The translations under genes and the position numbers were made by a program. DNA of 64,000 bases from an uncultured Solirubrobacterales bacterium (GTDB lineage: Bacteria; Actinomycetota; Thermoleophilia; Solirubrobacterales; Solirubrobacteraceae). Location of the stretch: contig CAVUST010000002.1 of assembly GCA_963744245.1 (NCBI GenBank), positions 5,891 to 69,890 on the forward strand. The letters are read 5' to 3'. Positions 28,339 through 37,079 of this stretch are shown piece after piece. The notes beneath the pieces are model-generated. The model ran no database searches, was not told the DNA's origin, and saw nothing but the letters and a program-made list of their open reading frames with translations. How positions within the stretch are numbered: the first letter of the stretch is position 1; the number at the start of each line of letters is the position of its first letter.

Positions 28339-29849
28339 GCTTCAGACGGCGCATCATCTTTGCCTCAGCGGCCGCAGTCGCCGTCGCCGTGCTGCTCGCC
28401 TCGGTGCTGGTGTACGTGCTCACCTCCAACGAGCTCCACGGCCAGGTCGACGCGCAGCTGCGCAGCCGCTCGGACAACCTGCGACTGATCGAGCACCATC
28501 CCACACACCACCGCGGCGACCGCCTGCTCGACGCACTGGCCGGCCGTGGTGGCGTCTCGGCGCAGCAGCTGTTCGAAAGCGGCCCTCAGCAGCCCGGCGA
28601 GGCGCTCAGCAACGTCGCCCCCCGGCCCAATCAGGTGCGTGGCTATCAGCAGCTCGTCGACGCCGGCGGCAAGGTCCTGTTCCGCTCGGGCGCCAAGAAC
28701 GTGACGCTCCCCGTCGAAGCGCGCACACGCGCGCTGGCGGCGGGCAAGGGCCAGGCCTTCTTCCGCGACGCCACCGTCAACGGCCTTCCCCTGCGCATCC
28801 TCGCCGAGCACCTCGCCCCCGGACGCGTCGTGCAGTTCGCCCAACCGCTGAGCGAAATCGACGAACTGCTCAGCCATCTGCGCCTGATCCTCGTGCTGCT
28901 CGGACTCGGCGGCATCCTGCTGGCAGCGCTGCTGGGACAGCTGGTCGCGCGCGCCGCCGTGCAACCCGTCAGGCGGCTCACCCGCGCCGCCGAGCACGTC
29001 GCCGAGACGCAGGACCTGTCCGGGCGCATCGCGCCGACCGGCGACGACGAGGTCGGGCGGCTGGCGATCAGCTTCAACGCGATGCTCGACGCGCTCGAGG
29101 TCTCGATGGCGGCCCTGGACGCCTCCGTGCACGCCCAGCGCCAGCTGGTGGCCGACGCCTCACACGAGCTGCGCACCCCCGTGACGAGCCTGCGCACGAA
29201 CATCGAGATCCTGCAGCACGCCCCCGACATGGACGACTCTGAGCGCGAGCGCCTGCTGGACGACGTGGTGGAGCAGATCGGCGAGCTGACATTGCTGATG
29301 AACGACCTGATCGACCTCGCCCGCAACGAGGAACAGCGCGCCGACGCCGAGGACGTGCGCCTGGACATAGTCGTTCAGGAGTCGGTCGCGCGCGCCCAGC
29401 GCAACTCACCGGCCACGCCGCTGCTGAGCACCCTGGAGCCGGTCCTCCTCAGCGGCGTCGCGGCCCGGCTCGACCGCGCCATAGCGAACCTGATCGACAA
29501 CGCGATCAAGTACAGCCCCGCCGGCGAGCCCGTCGAGATCGAGCTTCAGGACGACGAGCTCACGGTCCGCGACCACGGCCACGGGATCTCCGCCGAGGAC
29601 CTGCCGCACGTGTTCGACCGCTTCTACCGCGGCGCCGAGGCACGCGGGCGTCCCGGCTCGGGGCTGGGACTTGCGATCGTCAGGCAGGTCGTCGCCCAGC
29701 ACGGCGGGACGGTCACCGCCGAGCGCGCCCCCGGCGGCGGCACGCTGATGCGGGTCACGCTGCCGGGGGTCGAGCCATTGGCTCATGACGGTGCGCAGGG
29801 GGCGACCGCCGCGGCCGGCGTGGCGGCGAATCCACACGTCCACGCGTAG
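28335..29849 (+). CDS. HAMP sensor histidine kinase (MprB-like)
   Basis: [24 protein letters not shown] and GSGLGLAIV. Confidence 0.93.
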   Translation: MSFRRRIIFASAAAVAVAVLLASVLVYVLTSNELHGQVDAQLRSRSDNLRLIEHHPTHHRGDRLLDALAGRGGVSAQQLFESGPQQPGEALSNVAPRPNQVRGYQQLVDAGGKVLFRSGAKNVTLPVEARTRALAAGKGQAFFRDATVNGLPLRILAEHLAPGRVVQFAQPLSEIDELLSHLRLILVLLGLGGILLAALLGQLVARAAVQPVRRLTRAAEHVAETQDLSGRIAPTGDDEVGRLAISFNAMLDALEVSMAALDASVHAQRQLVADASHELRTPVTSLRTNIEILQHAPDMDDSERERLLDDVVEQIGELTLLMNDLIDLARNEEQRADAEDVRLDIVVQESVARAQRNSPATPLLSTLEPVLLSGVAARLDRAIANLIDNAIKYSPAGEPVEIELQDDELTVRDHGHGISAEDLPHVFDRFYRGAEARGRPGSGLGLAIVRQVVAQHGGTVTAERAPGGGTLMRVTLPGVEPLAHDGAQGATAAAGVAANPHVHA

Positions 29850-30207
29850 GGCTCCTCGCGGCGTGCCGTAGCGCACGATTGCGAAACAGGGCGGGCGAGA
29901 GCCCGTAGCGGCGGCGAAACGCGCGCGCGAAGTACGAGCTCGGATAGCCCACCAGCCGCCCCACGTCGCTGACCGGGATCGACCGCTGCTCGCTCAGCAG
30001 CTGCGCCGCGACCGCCATCCGCCGCGCATACAGGTCCTCGTGAAAGGAGTCGCCGAACTGCGCGTACGCGCGCTGCAGCTGCCGCGGCGAGGTCGACAGC
30101 GCCCGCGCGACCGCCGCGAGCGTCAGCGGCCGGCGATAGTGGCGCGAGACGACCACCCGCGCCAGCAGATACAACCGGCGGCGTTCGCTGAGCGTCTCTG
30201 GGTGCAC
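29755..30207 (-). CDS. AraC-family HTH-only regulator
   Basis: LTLAAVARALSTSPRQLQRA and VGY.SSYFARAFRRRYGLSP; GTG start inferred. Confidence 0.8.
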   Translation of the reverse strand: MHPETLSERRRLYLLARVVVSRHYRRPLTLAAVARALSTSPRQLQRAYAQFGDSFHEDLYARRMAVAAQLLSEQRSIPVSDVGRLVGYPSSYFARAFRRRYGLSPALFRNRALRHAARSPTRGRVDSPPRRPRRSPPAHRHEPMARPPAA

Positions 30208-30359
30208 ACCTCCCCCAACCGACCTACCCCGCCCATCGGGACACGCGTGCGCCGACCAGGAAAGACAGTTGGAAGCGGCGAGACGGCGGCTCGGGCGGGC
30301 GAGGCAGGCTGTGCGATACGGACGTGCTGGCCCAGGCTGAGCAGCGCGCGGCGCGGTCG

Positions 30360-32189
30360 TTACTCCTCGCCCAGCTCCAGCACCGCGAGGAACGCCTCCT
30401 GGGGCACCTCTATGCGCCCGACCTGCTTCATCCGCCTCTTGCCCTCCTTCTGTTTGGCCAAGAGCTTTTTCTTGCGCGTGACGTCCCCGCCGTAGCACCC
30501 CGCGATCACGTCCTTGCGAAACGCCTTCACGGTCTCCCGCGCGATCACGTGCGAGCCGATCGCCGCCTGGATCGGCACGTCGTACTGCTGGCGCGGAATC
30601 CGCTTGCGCAGCTTCTCCGTCAGCGTGCGCCCCATCTCATACGCCTTCTCGCGATGCACCACCATCGACAGCGCATCCACCGGGTCGCCCGCCAGCAGCA
30701 CGTCGAGCTTGACCAGATCCGACGAGCGCACGCCCTCCAGCTCGTAGTCCAGCGAGGCGTACCCGCGCGTGCGCGACTTCAGCTGATCGAAGAAGTCCAG
30801 CACGATTTCCGCCAGCGGCAGGTCGTAGGTCATCTGCACCCGCTCCGGCGAGAGGTAGTGCATCCCCACGTGCTCGCCCCGGCGTTCCTGGCAGAGCTCC
30901 ATGATCGCCCCCACATACCCTTTCGGCGCGATCACCTGCGCCTTGATGAACGGCTCGCGAATCTCCTCGATCGTGCCCGGATCGGGCATGTCCGAGGGGT
31001 TGTGCACCTCCGTCTCCTCGCCGTTCGTCAACGTCACGTCGAACTCCACCGAGGGCATCGTCGCCAGCAGCTCCAGGTCGTACTCGCGTTCCAACCGCTC
31101 TTTCACGATGTCCATGTGCAGCAACCCCAGGAACCCGCAGCGGAACCCGAACCCCAGCGCGTCCGAGGTCTCCGGCTCCCACGACAGCGCCGCGTCGTTC
31201 AGCGTCAGCTTTTCCAGCGCGTCGCGCAGGTCCGGATAACGGTCGGAGTCGATCGGGAACAGCCCGCAGAACACCATCGGTTTGACCTCCCGATACCCCG
31301 GCAGCGGCTCGCTGGCCTCACCTGCGCGGCCGGCCGAGCCGCCCGCTCTCGCGCGCGTCGTCAGCGTGTCTCCCACGCGCAGCTGCGTCACGTCCTTGAT
31401 GCCCGTGATCAGGTACCCCACCTCGCCCGCCGCCAGTCGCTTGGTGGGCACCATGCGCGGGGAGAAGCAGCCGACGTCGTCGATCTCCGCCTCCGTCCCC
31501 GTCGCCATCGCGCGGATCGCCTCGCCCTTCTCGAACACTCCGTCGACCACCCGGACGTAGGCGATCACGCCGCGGTACTGATCGAACTCCGAGTCGAATA
31601 TCAGCGCCCTTGGTGGCGCCTGCGGATCGCCGGACGGCGGCGGCACGCGGCGGATCAGCTCCTCCAATACCTCCCCCACTCCTTCGCCCGTCTTGCCGCT
31701 GATGCGCAGGATCGAGTCCGCCGGCTCGCCGATCAGATCGGCGACTTCGCCCCCCACCCGCTCGGGCTCCGCGCCCGGCAGGTCGAGCTTGTTCAGGCAC
31801 GGGATCAGCTCCAGCCCCGACTCCACCGCCAGGTATGTGTTCGCGACCGTCTGCGCCTCCACCCCCTGCGCCGCGTCCACCACCAGCAATGCCCCCTCGC
31901 ACGCCGCCAAAGAGCGCGAGACCTCATACGTGAAGTCCACGTGCCCCGGCGTGTCGATCAGGTGCAGCTGATAGCTCGCGCCGTCCTGCGCCGTGTACAG
32001 CACCCGCACCGCCTGCGCCTTGATCGTGATCCCCCGCTCGCGCTCCAGATCCATCGAGTCCAGCACCTGCGCGCGCATCTCCCGCGCCGCCACCGTGTGC
32101 GTCAGCTCGAGGATGCGGTCGGCCAGCGTCGACTTGCCGTGGTCGATGTGGGCGATGATCGAGAAGTTGCGGATGTGCGACTGGTCCAT
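30360..32189 (-). CDS. lepA: Elongation factor 4
   Basis: [28 protein letters not shown] and [11 protein letters not shown]. Confidence 0.98.
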   Translation of the reverse strand: MDQSHIRNFSIIAHIDHGKSTLADRILELTHTVAAREMRAQVLDSMDLERERGITIKAQAVRVLYTAQDGASYQLHLIDTPGHVDFTYEVSRSLAACEGALLVVDAAQGVEAQTVANTYLAVESGLELIPCLNKLDLPGAEPERVGGEVADLIGEPADSILRISGKTGEGVGEVLEELIRRVPPPSGDPQAPPRALIFDSEFDQYRGVIAYVRVVDGVFEKGEAIRAMATGTEAEIDDVGCFSPRMVPTKRLAAGEVGYLITGIKDVTQLRVGDTLTTRARAGGSAGRAGEASEPLPGYREVKPMVFCGLFPIDSDRYPDLRDALEKLTLNDAALSWEPETSDALGFGFRCGFLGLLHMDIVKERLEREYDLELLATMPSVEFDVTLTNGEETEVHNPSDMPDPGTIEEIREPFIKAQVIAPKGYVGAIMELCQERRGEHVGMHYLSPERVQMTYDLPLAEIVLDFFDQLKSRTRGYASLDYELEGVRSSDLVKLDVLLAGDPVDALSMVVHREKAYEMGRTLTEKLRKRIPRQQYDVPIQAAIGSHVIARETVKAFRKDVIAGCYGGDVTRKKKLLAKQKEGKRRMKQVGRIEVPQEAFLAVLELGEE

Positions 32190-32254
32190 GGGCGGCTACA
32201 GCGTAGATGGCCGGGGTCGATTGCCCTCCCAGCCCTGGCGTTGCAATAGCTAAC

Positions 32255-32286
32255 CCACAACTATCATAGTTGTGGCTATCATAGTT
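32255..32286. promoter_or_regulatory. Palindrome CCACAACTAT-C-ATAGTTGTGG plus a second CTATCATAGTT, putative operator
   Basis: Lies in the divergent lepA/ATPase intergenic region. Confidence 0.55.
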
Positions 32287-32304
32287 ATGCCCATGATATC
32301 TGCA

Positions 32305-33726
32305 ATGTCCTTCTACAACCGTGCTGACGAGCTGACGGCCCTCGAAGAGCGGTGGCAATCGCCGCGAGCCGAGTACGTCGTGATCTACGGGCGCCGGCGC
32401 ATCGGCAAGACCGAGCTCATTCTCCGCTTTGCCGAGCACAAGCGTGCTCTCTACTTCGAGGCCACCTCCGGCACCGAGAACGACCATCTGGACGACCTGT
32501 CCAGAGCCCTCGCTCAGACCAGCGGACGCGAGCTGTTCGCCACCCAGCCACTGAGCGGATGGCCGTCGTTCTTCGCCGCCCTCGCCGAGGAGCTCGCGCG
32601 CGGCCCGCTGCTCGTCGCTCTCGACGAGTTCCAGTTCATCGCCCGCGAGACCCCCCAGGTCGGCTCGCTGATCAACCGCTTCTGGCGCGAGCACAGGGAC
32701 AACCCCAACCTGTTCCTGATCCTCTCCGGCAGCGACGTCTCCTTCTTCGAGCGCGAGATCATCGGCTACACCGCCACCACCTACGGCAGGCGCACCGGCT
32801 CACTGCACCTGCAGCCGTTCCCATTCGTGGAGGTCAAGCACTTCCTCCCCGACTGGACTCCCGAGAACCTCATCCGCGCCTATGCCGCATTCGGCGGCGT
32901 CCCCTACTACCTGGAGGCGCTCGATCCGACCGTGACCGTGGAGGAGAACATCGAGCGCCAGATCCTCTCACCCGACGGCCTGCTTCGCCAGGAGCCCCGC
33001 TTCCTCTTCGCCCAGCACTCCGACCTGCGCGAGGACAGCGTCTACTTCTCCGTCCTGCGCGCGATCGCCTCAGGGCGCACCCGCCGCAACGAGATCGCCT
33101 CCCGCATCGGTCGCAGCGACGCCGCCACCGGACAGCTCCTGGACAAGCTGACCGAGATGGGCCTGGTACGCCGCGTCCACCCGATCACGGTCGTCAACCC
33201 CAATCGCACGAGGATCGTCCGCTTCGCCATCGAGGACCCGTTCCTGCGCTTCTGGTTCGCCTTCGTGCACCCCTACGAGGGGCGCCTGCACAGCCGTGCC
33301 GACGCCCAGCGCCATCTCGAGGGGTTGGTCCGTCCCAACCTCGAGCGCTTCGTCTCGCGACCGGCCTTCGAGCAGGTCTGCCAGAGCTGGCTGCACACCC
33401 ACACCGATGCAGCGGCCGTGGGCTGGTGGTGGGGCCGGGTCCGAGAGACCACCGACGATGGCCCGCGAGACGTGCAACGCGAGGTCGACGTGGTCGCCGT
33501 AGACCACGAGCACACAGTCCTCGCCCTCGGCTCCTGCAAGTGGACGACCGGCGCCATGTCCCACCGAGAACTCACGCTGCTGCGTCGCCTCGCCGCCCGC
33601 ATCGCCTCAGACCAGCACGAGCCCGACCTGTATCTGTTCTCGCGCGCCGGTTTCGAGTCCGAGCTCGTCCAGCTAGCCCACCGCGATCCAGCGTGCTATC
33701 TGATCGAGGTCGGGGACCTATTCTGA
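32305..33726 (+). CDS. Archaeal-type AAA ATPase with wHTH and DUF234/PD-(D/E)xK-like C-terminus
   Basis: FYNRADEL, YGRRRIGKT, LDEFQ and FEQVC..GWWW..EVDVV..GSCKW. Confidence 0.88.
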   Translation: MSFYNRADELTALEERWQSPRAEYVVIYGRRRIGKTELILRFAEHKRALYFEATSGTENDHLDDLSRALAQTSGRELFATQPLSGWPSFFAALAEELARGPLLVALDEFQFIARETPQVGSLINRFWREHRDNPNLFLILSGSDVSFFEREIIGYTATTYGRRTGSLHLQPFPFVEVKHFLPDWTPENLIRAYAAFGGVPYYLEALDPTVTVEENIERQILSPDGLLRQEPRFLFAQHSDLREDSVYFSVLRAIASGRTRRNEIASRIGRSDAATGQLLDKLTEMGLVRRVHPITVVNPNRTRIVRFAIEDPFLRFWFAFVHPYEGRLHSRADAQRHLEGLVRPNLERFVSRPAFEQVCQSWLHTHTDAAAVGWWWGRVRETTDDGPRDVQREVDVVAVDHEHTVLALGSCKWTTGAMSHRELTLLRRLAARIASDQHEPDLYLFSRAGFESELVQLAHRDPACYLIEVGDLF

Positions 33727-33909
33727 CCGGCACCGGATAGCCCGCTAGCATTCAGACCACCGGCGGATCGCCAACTCGACAAGGATGTACTCAGCCGCGG
33801 CAACGCGCCTGCCCTCGGGCCGGCGGCCTGTCCAGGTGTCGAGAGTGTCACGCCGCCCAGGCAAGACACATAGTCCTGGGACGTAAGTAGTAAGCGGCGA
33901 TCTTTGACC

Positions 33910-33948
33910 GGATGCAGCCGGGCGGGTCATTGGCCCGTCCGGCTTCAT
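33910..33948. terminator. Long GC-rich hairpin between convergent genes
   Basis: GATGCAGCCGGGCGGG / CCCGTCCGGCTTCATC imperfect stem; no U-tract. Confidence 0.4.
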
Positions 33949-33967
33949 CGCCGCGCGATTTTGAAGG

Positions 33968-35698
33968 CTAAGCCCGCCCGAACTGCGTGCGGATCAGCCG
34001 GTTGACCTGGTGCGCCTCGGGAATGCGCATCGCGAGGACAGCCCGCGCGTAGACGAACAAACCCGCCGCGGCGGCCCCGCCGACGCTGATGATCTGAGCG
34101 GGCAACGAGGCGCCGAAGATCCGGTTGAGCACGGTCCAGACGACCCACGAGACGGCCCCCAGCAGAGCCGAGGCGAGCAGGATCCGCACGGTGATCATCG
34201 TCGTCTGCGCGCCTTCCAGGCTGCCGTTGAAGCCGATGCGCAAGCGATGGAACTGCAGCGCGGTCATCACCGCGTTGGCCGCGACCGTGCCGATGATCAG
34301 CCCGGCGATCCCCAGCGGCTTGTACAGGCCGATCGAGACGATGATGTCCACGATGATGTTCAGCCCCGCCAAGCGCGTCGGGATCCACGGGCGCTGCACG
34401 GAGAAGAACACGCGCGTCAGCAATAGGTTCAGCCCGCCGAACGGCAGGCTGAAGGCGAACCAGAACAGCGCTTCGGAGACCAGGCTGGTGGATTTTGCGT
34501 CGAAATGGCCGCGTTCGAATATGAGGCGCACGATCGGGGTTGTGAGCACGAGCATGAACACCGCCGAGGGAATCAGCAGCAGGTTGATCTGACGCATGCC
34601 CACGCCGATCGTGCGGCGCATGTTGTGAACGTCGTGCCTGGCGGCCATACGGCTGAGGGTCGGGAACAGCACCGTGGCGACCGCCACGCTGAACAGACCC
34701 TGCGGGAGCATGTAGATGCGAAACGCGTTGTCGATCGCCCGCGGAGCTTCTTCGGAGACGAGCGTACCGAACACCGAGTTGATCAGCTGATCGAGGTTGA
34801 CGATGCCAAGCCCGATCGTGACCGGCAGCATCAGCGTGAACACCTGGCGGATGCGCGGGTCGTGCCAGTCGATCGAGAACTGCAGGCGGAAGTCGATCCG
34901 CCGCAGCGCTCCGAACACCATCAGCATCTGCACGAACGTCGCAATCAGGATCGCAATCGCGTAGGCATACAGCTGATCGCCGTTCTTGTAGCCGCCCTGA
35001 AAGTGAGGACGCAGGACCACGAGCAGCACGATGATCACCACGTTCCACACCGCCGGGGCGATCGCCGGGATCGTGAAGTGTTCGTATGACTGCAAGATGC
35101 CGACGAGCAGGCCGATCAGCCCGATCAACAGCACCACCGGGAACAGCACCTGCGAGAGCCCGACCGTCAGCGAGTCGAGCGCACCGTTGAACGTGGGGCC
35201 CGTGAACAGCGGCATGATCACCCCCGCCGCCAGCACGAACACGGCGGTGATCGCCCCGAGGACGATCAGCATGATCCAGAACAGCGTCGACGCCAGCCGG
35301 AAGGCCTCGCGCTTACGACCCTGCTGGAGCAGATCGGTGAACACCGGCACGAACGCCGCCGACAGCGCCGCGTTGGCGAACAGGTTGCTCACCAGGTTCG
35401 GGATCTGAAAGGCGATCGTGAACGCCGAGGCGGGACCGCCGGTCCCGAAGAAGCTCGCCGCGACGATTTCCCGCCCCAGCCCCGCAACGCGCGAGATCCC
35501 CGTCGCGAACGACACGATCGCGGTGTTGCGCGCAACGCGCTCTCTCCCGCCGCCGGGTCCCTCTCCACCGCCATCCGCAGTCATCTGCTCGGGCTCGGGC
35601 TGACCGAGTCCGCCATATTCCTCGCCGAAGCTCGCATCGGGTATGCCTACGAACTCGACCCGCGGATCCGCCGGCGGCTCTGGTGGGATCGTGGACAA
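33968..35698 (-). CDS. murJ: Lipid II flippase
   Basis: SRVAGLGRE, AFTIAFQIPNL, LSAAFVPVF and YMLPQGLF. Confidence 0.95.
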   Translation of the reverse strand: MSTIPPEPPADPRVEFVGIPDASFGEEYGGLGQPEPEQMTADGGGEGPGGGRERVARNTAIVSFATGISRVAGLGREIVAASFFGTGGPASAFTIAFQIPNLVSNLFANAALSAAFVPVFTDLLQQGRKREAFRLASTLFWIMLIVLGAITAVFVLAAGVIMPLFTGPTFNGALDSLTVGLSQVLFPVVLLIGLIGLLVGILQSYEHFTIPAIAPAVWNVVIIVLLVVLRPHFQGGYKNGDQLYAYAIAILIATFVQMLMVFGALRRIDFRLQFSIDWHDPRIRQVFTLMLPVTIGLGIVNLDQLINSVFGTLVSEEAPRAIDNAFRIYMLPQGLFSVAVATVLFPTLSRMAARHDVHNMRRTIGVGMRQINLLLIPSAVFMLVLTTPIVRLIFERGHFDAKSTSLVSEALFWFAFSLPFGGLNLLLTRVFFSVQRPWIPTRLAGLNIIVDIIVSIGLYKPLGIAGLIIGTVAANAVMTALQFHRLRIGFNGSLEGAQTTMITVRILLASALLGAVSWVVWTVLNRIFGASLPAQIISVGGAAAAGLFVYARAVLAMRIPEAHQVNRLIRTQFGRA

Positions 35699-35725
35699 GG
35701 CTCGCTATAGTACGGCGCTCACACG

Positions 35726-35992
35726 ATGGCCAACATTCATTCACAGAAGAAGCGCATCCTGCGCTCCGAGCGCGAGCGGCTCGAGAATCGCCAGTACACC
35801 TCGGCGATCAAGACCTACTTCCGCCACCTCGAGGCGGCGGTGCAGAGCGGCGACGGCGAGACCGCCGCCAGCGAGCATCGCCGGCTCGTGAGCACGATCG
35901 ACAAGGCCGTCAAGCGCGGCGCGATGCACAAGCACACGGGCGCCCGGCGCAAGTCGCGCGCAGCCCGCACGCTCGCCGGCTCCTCTTCGTAG
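35726..35992 (+). CDS. rpsT: 30S ribosomal protein S20
   Basis: MANIHSQKKRI..IDKAVKRGAMHKHTGARRKSR. Confidence 0.97.
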   Translation: MANIHSQKKRILRSERERLENRQYTSAIKTYFRHLEAAVQSGDGETAASEHRRLVSTIDKAVKRGAMHKHTGARRKSRAARTLAGSSS

Positions 35993-36025
35993 GCTCCATC
36001 CAAGCCCGCAAGCACGGTCGCGGGC

Positions 36026-37048
36026 CTAACGGCCGGTGGCGGTGATTGCCTCGATTGCACGCAGGGCGAGCGTCTCCTCGTCCAAGCCCGACGTGCGCGA
36101 GCGGGCCTCGGGCAAAGGCGAGCCGCCGCGGGTGTCGAGCTCGAGGTCGGCGAGCACCGCAAGCGCGGCGCGCAAACGCTCGGGCTCGGTCCGAGCGACG
36201 TCCCGCACGAAGCGCTCGGCCGCGCGGGGCGGCATCCGCAGCCCGCGCCTGACCTCGGCCGCGGACTCCCCCGCGCGCAGGCGCAACGAGATCGCGAGCG
36301 CGTCGCGCAGGCGCGAGGCCATCAGGTATGTGAGCCCGGACAGCCGCTCGCCCTGCTCGCGCAGACGGACATATGCGCGGGTAGACTCGCGGGCATCCCC
36401 CGCGACGAGCGCGTCGGCGAGGGTGTAGGCGCGGTACTGGGCGGAATGGGCGGCACGGGCTTCGACGTCCTCCGCGCTCACACGACGCGGCGCGGCGTCA
36501 TCGCCGTCGAGTTCCAGCGTGAGCTTCTCGAGCTCGCGCAGCAGTCGCTGCTGGCGCTCGCCGACCTGCCCGACCAGCGCGGTGGCGGCCGCCATGTCGA
36601 GCTCGAGACCCATGCGCGAGGCCTGCGCGCGCGCCCACTTGGGCAGATCCCAAGGCTTGACCGTCGCCTGCGCGACGACCTGCCCGCCGGCCTGCTTGAC
36701 GGCGGTGTGCAGCGCCGCGGGCGCCTTCGCGCGACCCTCCTCGCGCGCGAACAGCGCAATGGTCGTATTGGGCGGCATCGCCGCAAGGGCGGGCACGAGC
36801 GCCTGCTCGACCTCGGCCTGCTTCCAGCGCTCGACGCCCTCGACCAGGATCACGCGCCGCCCGACCATCAGCGTCATCGCCGCCAGCGCCCCCGCGACGC
36901 CCTCCGGAGTGGCCGACTCGCCCTCCAGCGCCTCCACGCTGTCGGAACCCCCCTCACGTTCGGCCAGTGCACGCAGGCCCGCGCGACGCTCGGCGACCGC
37001 GCCGTGATCGTCGCCGTGAATCAGATACGCGGGCTTGAGCTCGGCCAC
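36026..37048 (-). CDS. holA: DNA polymerase III delta subunit
   Basis: KPAYLIHGDD and LLRELEKL; usual position between rpsT and leuS. Confidence 0.9.
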   Translation of the reverse strand: MAELKPAYLIHGDDHGAVAERRAGLRALAEREGGSDSVEALEGESATPEGVAGALAAMTLMVGRRVILVEGVERWKQAEVEQALVPALAAMPPNTTIALFAREEGRAKAPAALHTAVKQAGGQVVAQATVKPWDLPKWARAQASRMGLELDMAAATALVGQVGERQQRLLRELEKLTLELDGDDAAPRRVSAEDVEARAAHSAQYRAYTLADALVAGDARESTRAYVRLREQGERLSGLTYLMASRLRDALAISLRLRAGESAAEVRRGLRMPPRAAERFVRDVARTEPERLRAALAVLADLELDTRGGSPLPEARSRTSGLDEETLALRAIEAITATGR

Positions 37049-37079
37049 TGCCGCCAGTCTAGGCGTGTGAGCAGACCCG

